DNA from: a virus | Taxonomy: Duplodnaviria > Caudoviricetes | Reading direction: 5' to 3' (one strand) | Length of the DNA stretch: 25,701 bases | IMG/VR virus record: IMGVR_UViG_3300038520_002359 | Span: 1-25,701 of that record | Part shown: in pieces, positions 24,139 to 25,701 of the stretch | How positions within the stretch are numbered: the stretch's first letter is position 1 | Layout: each line of letters starts with the position of its first letter | The notes under the pieces: generated by a model | Database searches by the model: none | What the model was told of the DNA's origin: nothing | What the model saw: the letters and a program-made list of their open reading frames with translations, nothing else | Program-made: the position numbers and the translations under genes

Positions 24139-25701
24139 TAACCCTCTAGCTTCTGAGTCTGGACTTCTCCGACGGATGCCGCCTCAGTTCCGTAGATTCC
24201 GAACTGCGTAGCGTTGACTTGCTGCTGCTGCTGGAATGTGTATTGCTGCATGTATTTTTGTAGTCTCTGTGCAAACGCTTGATCCTGTTGCATCTTTTGT
24301 GCTATATCTGGTTGCTGCATGTAGTTCTGAATTATTTGAGTTGCAACGGCTCCTCCGTTTGACCTCGCTGGCATCTCTATTCCAGCAAAAATCTTCGATA
24401 GGTCGTCCAGTATATCTTTCTGAACCTCTTCTGAAGCAGTCTCTGTTTTCTGCAGAATGCTGTCCGCTAATATAGGATCCACGCTGCTAGCATAAGCGAT
24501 CAACAGATTGTCTACATTTATCCGACCGTTTCTGTCCAGTTTTACTAAATCAACGAGCTGCTTGAGCTTTGATTCTTGCGTCTCTGGGTCATTGTTGATG
24601 CTATCGTAGGATATTGTAATATCAAAGTTCTCCATCGGGTTACCCTTGGTGAACCGCTGAGGGTCTGGGACTCCAGTGACTCTGAAGAAAATAAAGTCAG
24701 GTCCGAAGCGCTGGAAGCATGTAAAGCACATTTGCATTACCTCTGCGCAGTGCTCAAGGAACTTGTCCACAAGGAACTGCTTCTTGATCTTGGATATTTC
24801 GCTGCTTTCGTCTAATCCAGTCAACCTATCGGCTTGCTCCAGCTGGGTCTTCTCCATCTCTATACTTCCCTCCAGGGAAGCAGCAGCAGGTGTATCAGCG
24901 AACTCGTAGTCCTCCGCTCTCCTGCGAGGTATATATCTACCTGGACCCCAGTCCTGCGGAGGCTGGTTGACTGGGTGCATGATCGGAGGTAGGGTGCATA
25001 GACTGTTTCTGTCTATCCTGCTATCCCTCTCAACCTTCACTTGGTTCTGTATACCACGAAGAAGATCAGGGATTGTTGTGGTATCGTAAAGTCTTTTACT
25101 GTCTTCTGCTAAACGAGTTACAACTACAGGGTAGTCATCGTAGCCGTTCATCAGTTCGAACTTTGCGTATTGGCTGCTTTCTGAAGACCCCATTTCTCGA
25201 TGAAAAATAGTTCTGTAGATTCCTTCTGCCCCGTCATCTGGATCAATCAATCTCTGGTAGCACCAGATGATTTCAATCAACTCGTTGGACTCGTAGCTGC
25301 TTTCTTTAAAATTAGTTCCGCGCCTGTATTCTTGCTCAGTTTCTATGCTATCCTGATTTACTCCTGAATACCTTTTAATTACGTTCTCTACGAAGTCCGC
25401 GTCCCAGTCATCCGTAAGAATTTTATTTTCTAGTTCCTGCGGAGTGTAGTAAGTTCTCCAGAAGCAGTAAGGACTGCGCTGCGGATCCGTTACATAGGAT
25501 GGAAAAAAGAAATCGCCGTCTGGCGATAGTGTTTTTACTTCTGGTGCGTCTACACTTCTTCTTACTGTCGGAAGCTCAGCGTAGCCAGTTTTTCGTAGAT
25601 CTTTCAAGGCTTTTTTTGCTCTTGCGTCTGTAACGCCATCAAAGGCAGCCTGAAGCTTTTGAATGATGGGTTCATCGTCCTCTTCATCCATGAGGACGGC
25701 T
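24138..25701 (-). CDS. Portal protein (5'-truncated by the window)
   Basis: The frame is open to the window edge. It has a Gln-rich C-terminal tail as in P22-like portals and lies upstream of scaffold and MCP. Confidence 0.75.
   Translation of the reverse strand, partial: AVLMDEEDDEPIIQKLQAAFDGVTDARAKKALKDLRKTGYAELPTVRRSVDAPEVKTLSPDGDFFFPSYVTDPQRSPYCFWRTYYTPQELENKILTDDWDADFVENVIKRYSGVNQDSIETEQEYRRGTNFKESSYESNELIEIIWCYQRLIDPDDGAEGIYRTIFHREMGSSESSQYAKFELMNGYDDYPVVVTRLAEDSKRLYDTTTIPDLLRGIQNQVKVERDSRIDRNSLCTLPPIMHPVNQPPQDWGPGRYIPRRRAEDYEFADTPAAASLEGSIEMEKTQLEQADRLTGLDESSEISKIKKQFLVDKFLEHCAEVMQMCFTCFQRFGPDFIFFRVTGVPDPQRFTKGNPMENFDITISYDSINNDPETQESKLKQLVDLVKLDRNGRINVDNLLIAYASSVDPILADSILQKTETASEEVQKDILDDLSKIFAGIEMPARSNGGAVATQIIQNYMQQPDIAQKMQQDQAFAQRLQKYMQQYTFQQQQQVNATQFGIYGTEAASVGEVQTQKLEG

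Noticed and set aside
526-24909. Other short antisense or nested ORFs in the six-frame track
   Set aside because: They are shadows of longer, motif-bearing genes on the opposite strand or frame.
1-25701. CRISPR array, DGR or retron
   Set aside because: I saw no regularly spaced direct repeats, reverse transcriptase motifs or template/variable repeat pair. The Cas4-like nuclease is a common stand-alone phage exonuclease.

Overview
This window is part of a dsDNA tailed-phage genome with podovirus-like architecture and two convergent arms. The + strand arm (1-5348) is a recombination/replication module: two PD-(D/E)XK nucleases, a DUF5664-type dNTP diphosphohydrolase, endonuclease VII, an ERF annealase, a small SSB-like protein and a DnaB helicase. 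The - strand arm (25701 to 5436) is the virion module: portal, scaffold, DUF5309-type major capsid, decoration protein, adaptor, LamG-like fibre, holin-like membrane proteins, a run of very basic mini-proteins and two large putative ejection proteins. The main finding is a ~450-nt non-coding element on the - strand (10780-11230). It folds by eye into a group I ribozyme core (P3-P9, omega-G at 10923) whose P1/5' splice site appears to lie downstream of the 3' splice site, with both ends clamped by inverted repeats. This suggests a natural circularly permuted group I intron. Splicing would release a 116-nt RNA circle with a strong SD and a 39-codon ORF that exists only in the circle and stops on its own start (AUGA). 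A 66-nt tmRNA-like tRNA(Ala) domain with no mRNA-like domain is nested in P5. All structures and family calls were made by eye and from recalled motifs; nothing was computed or searched.
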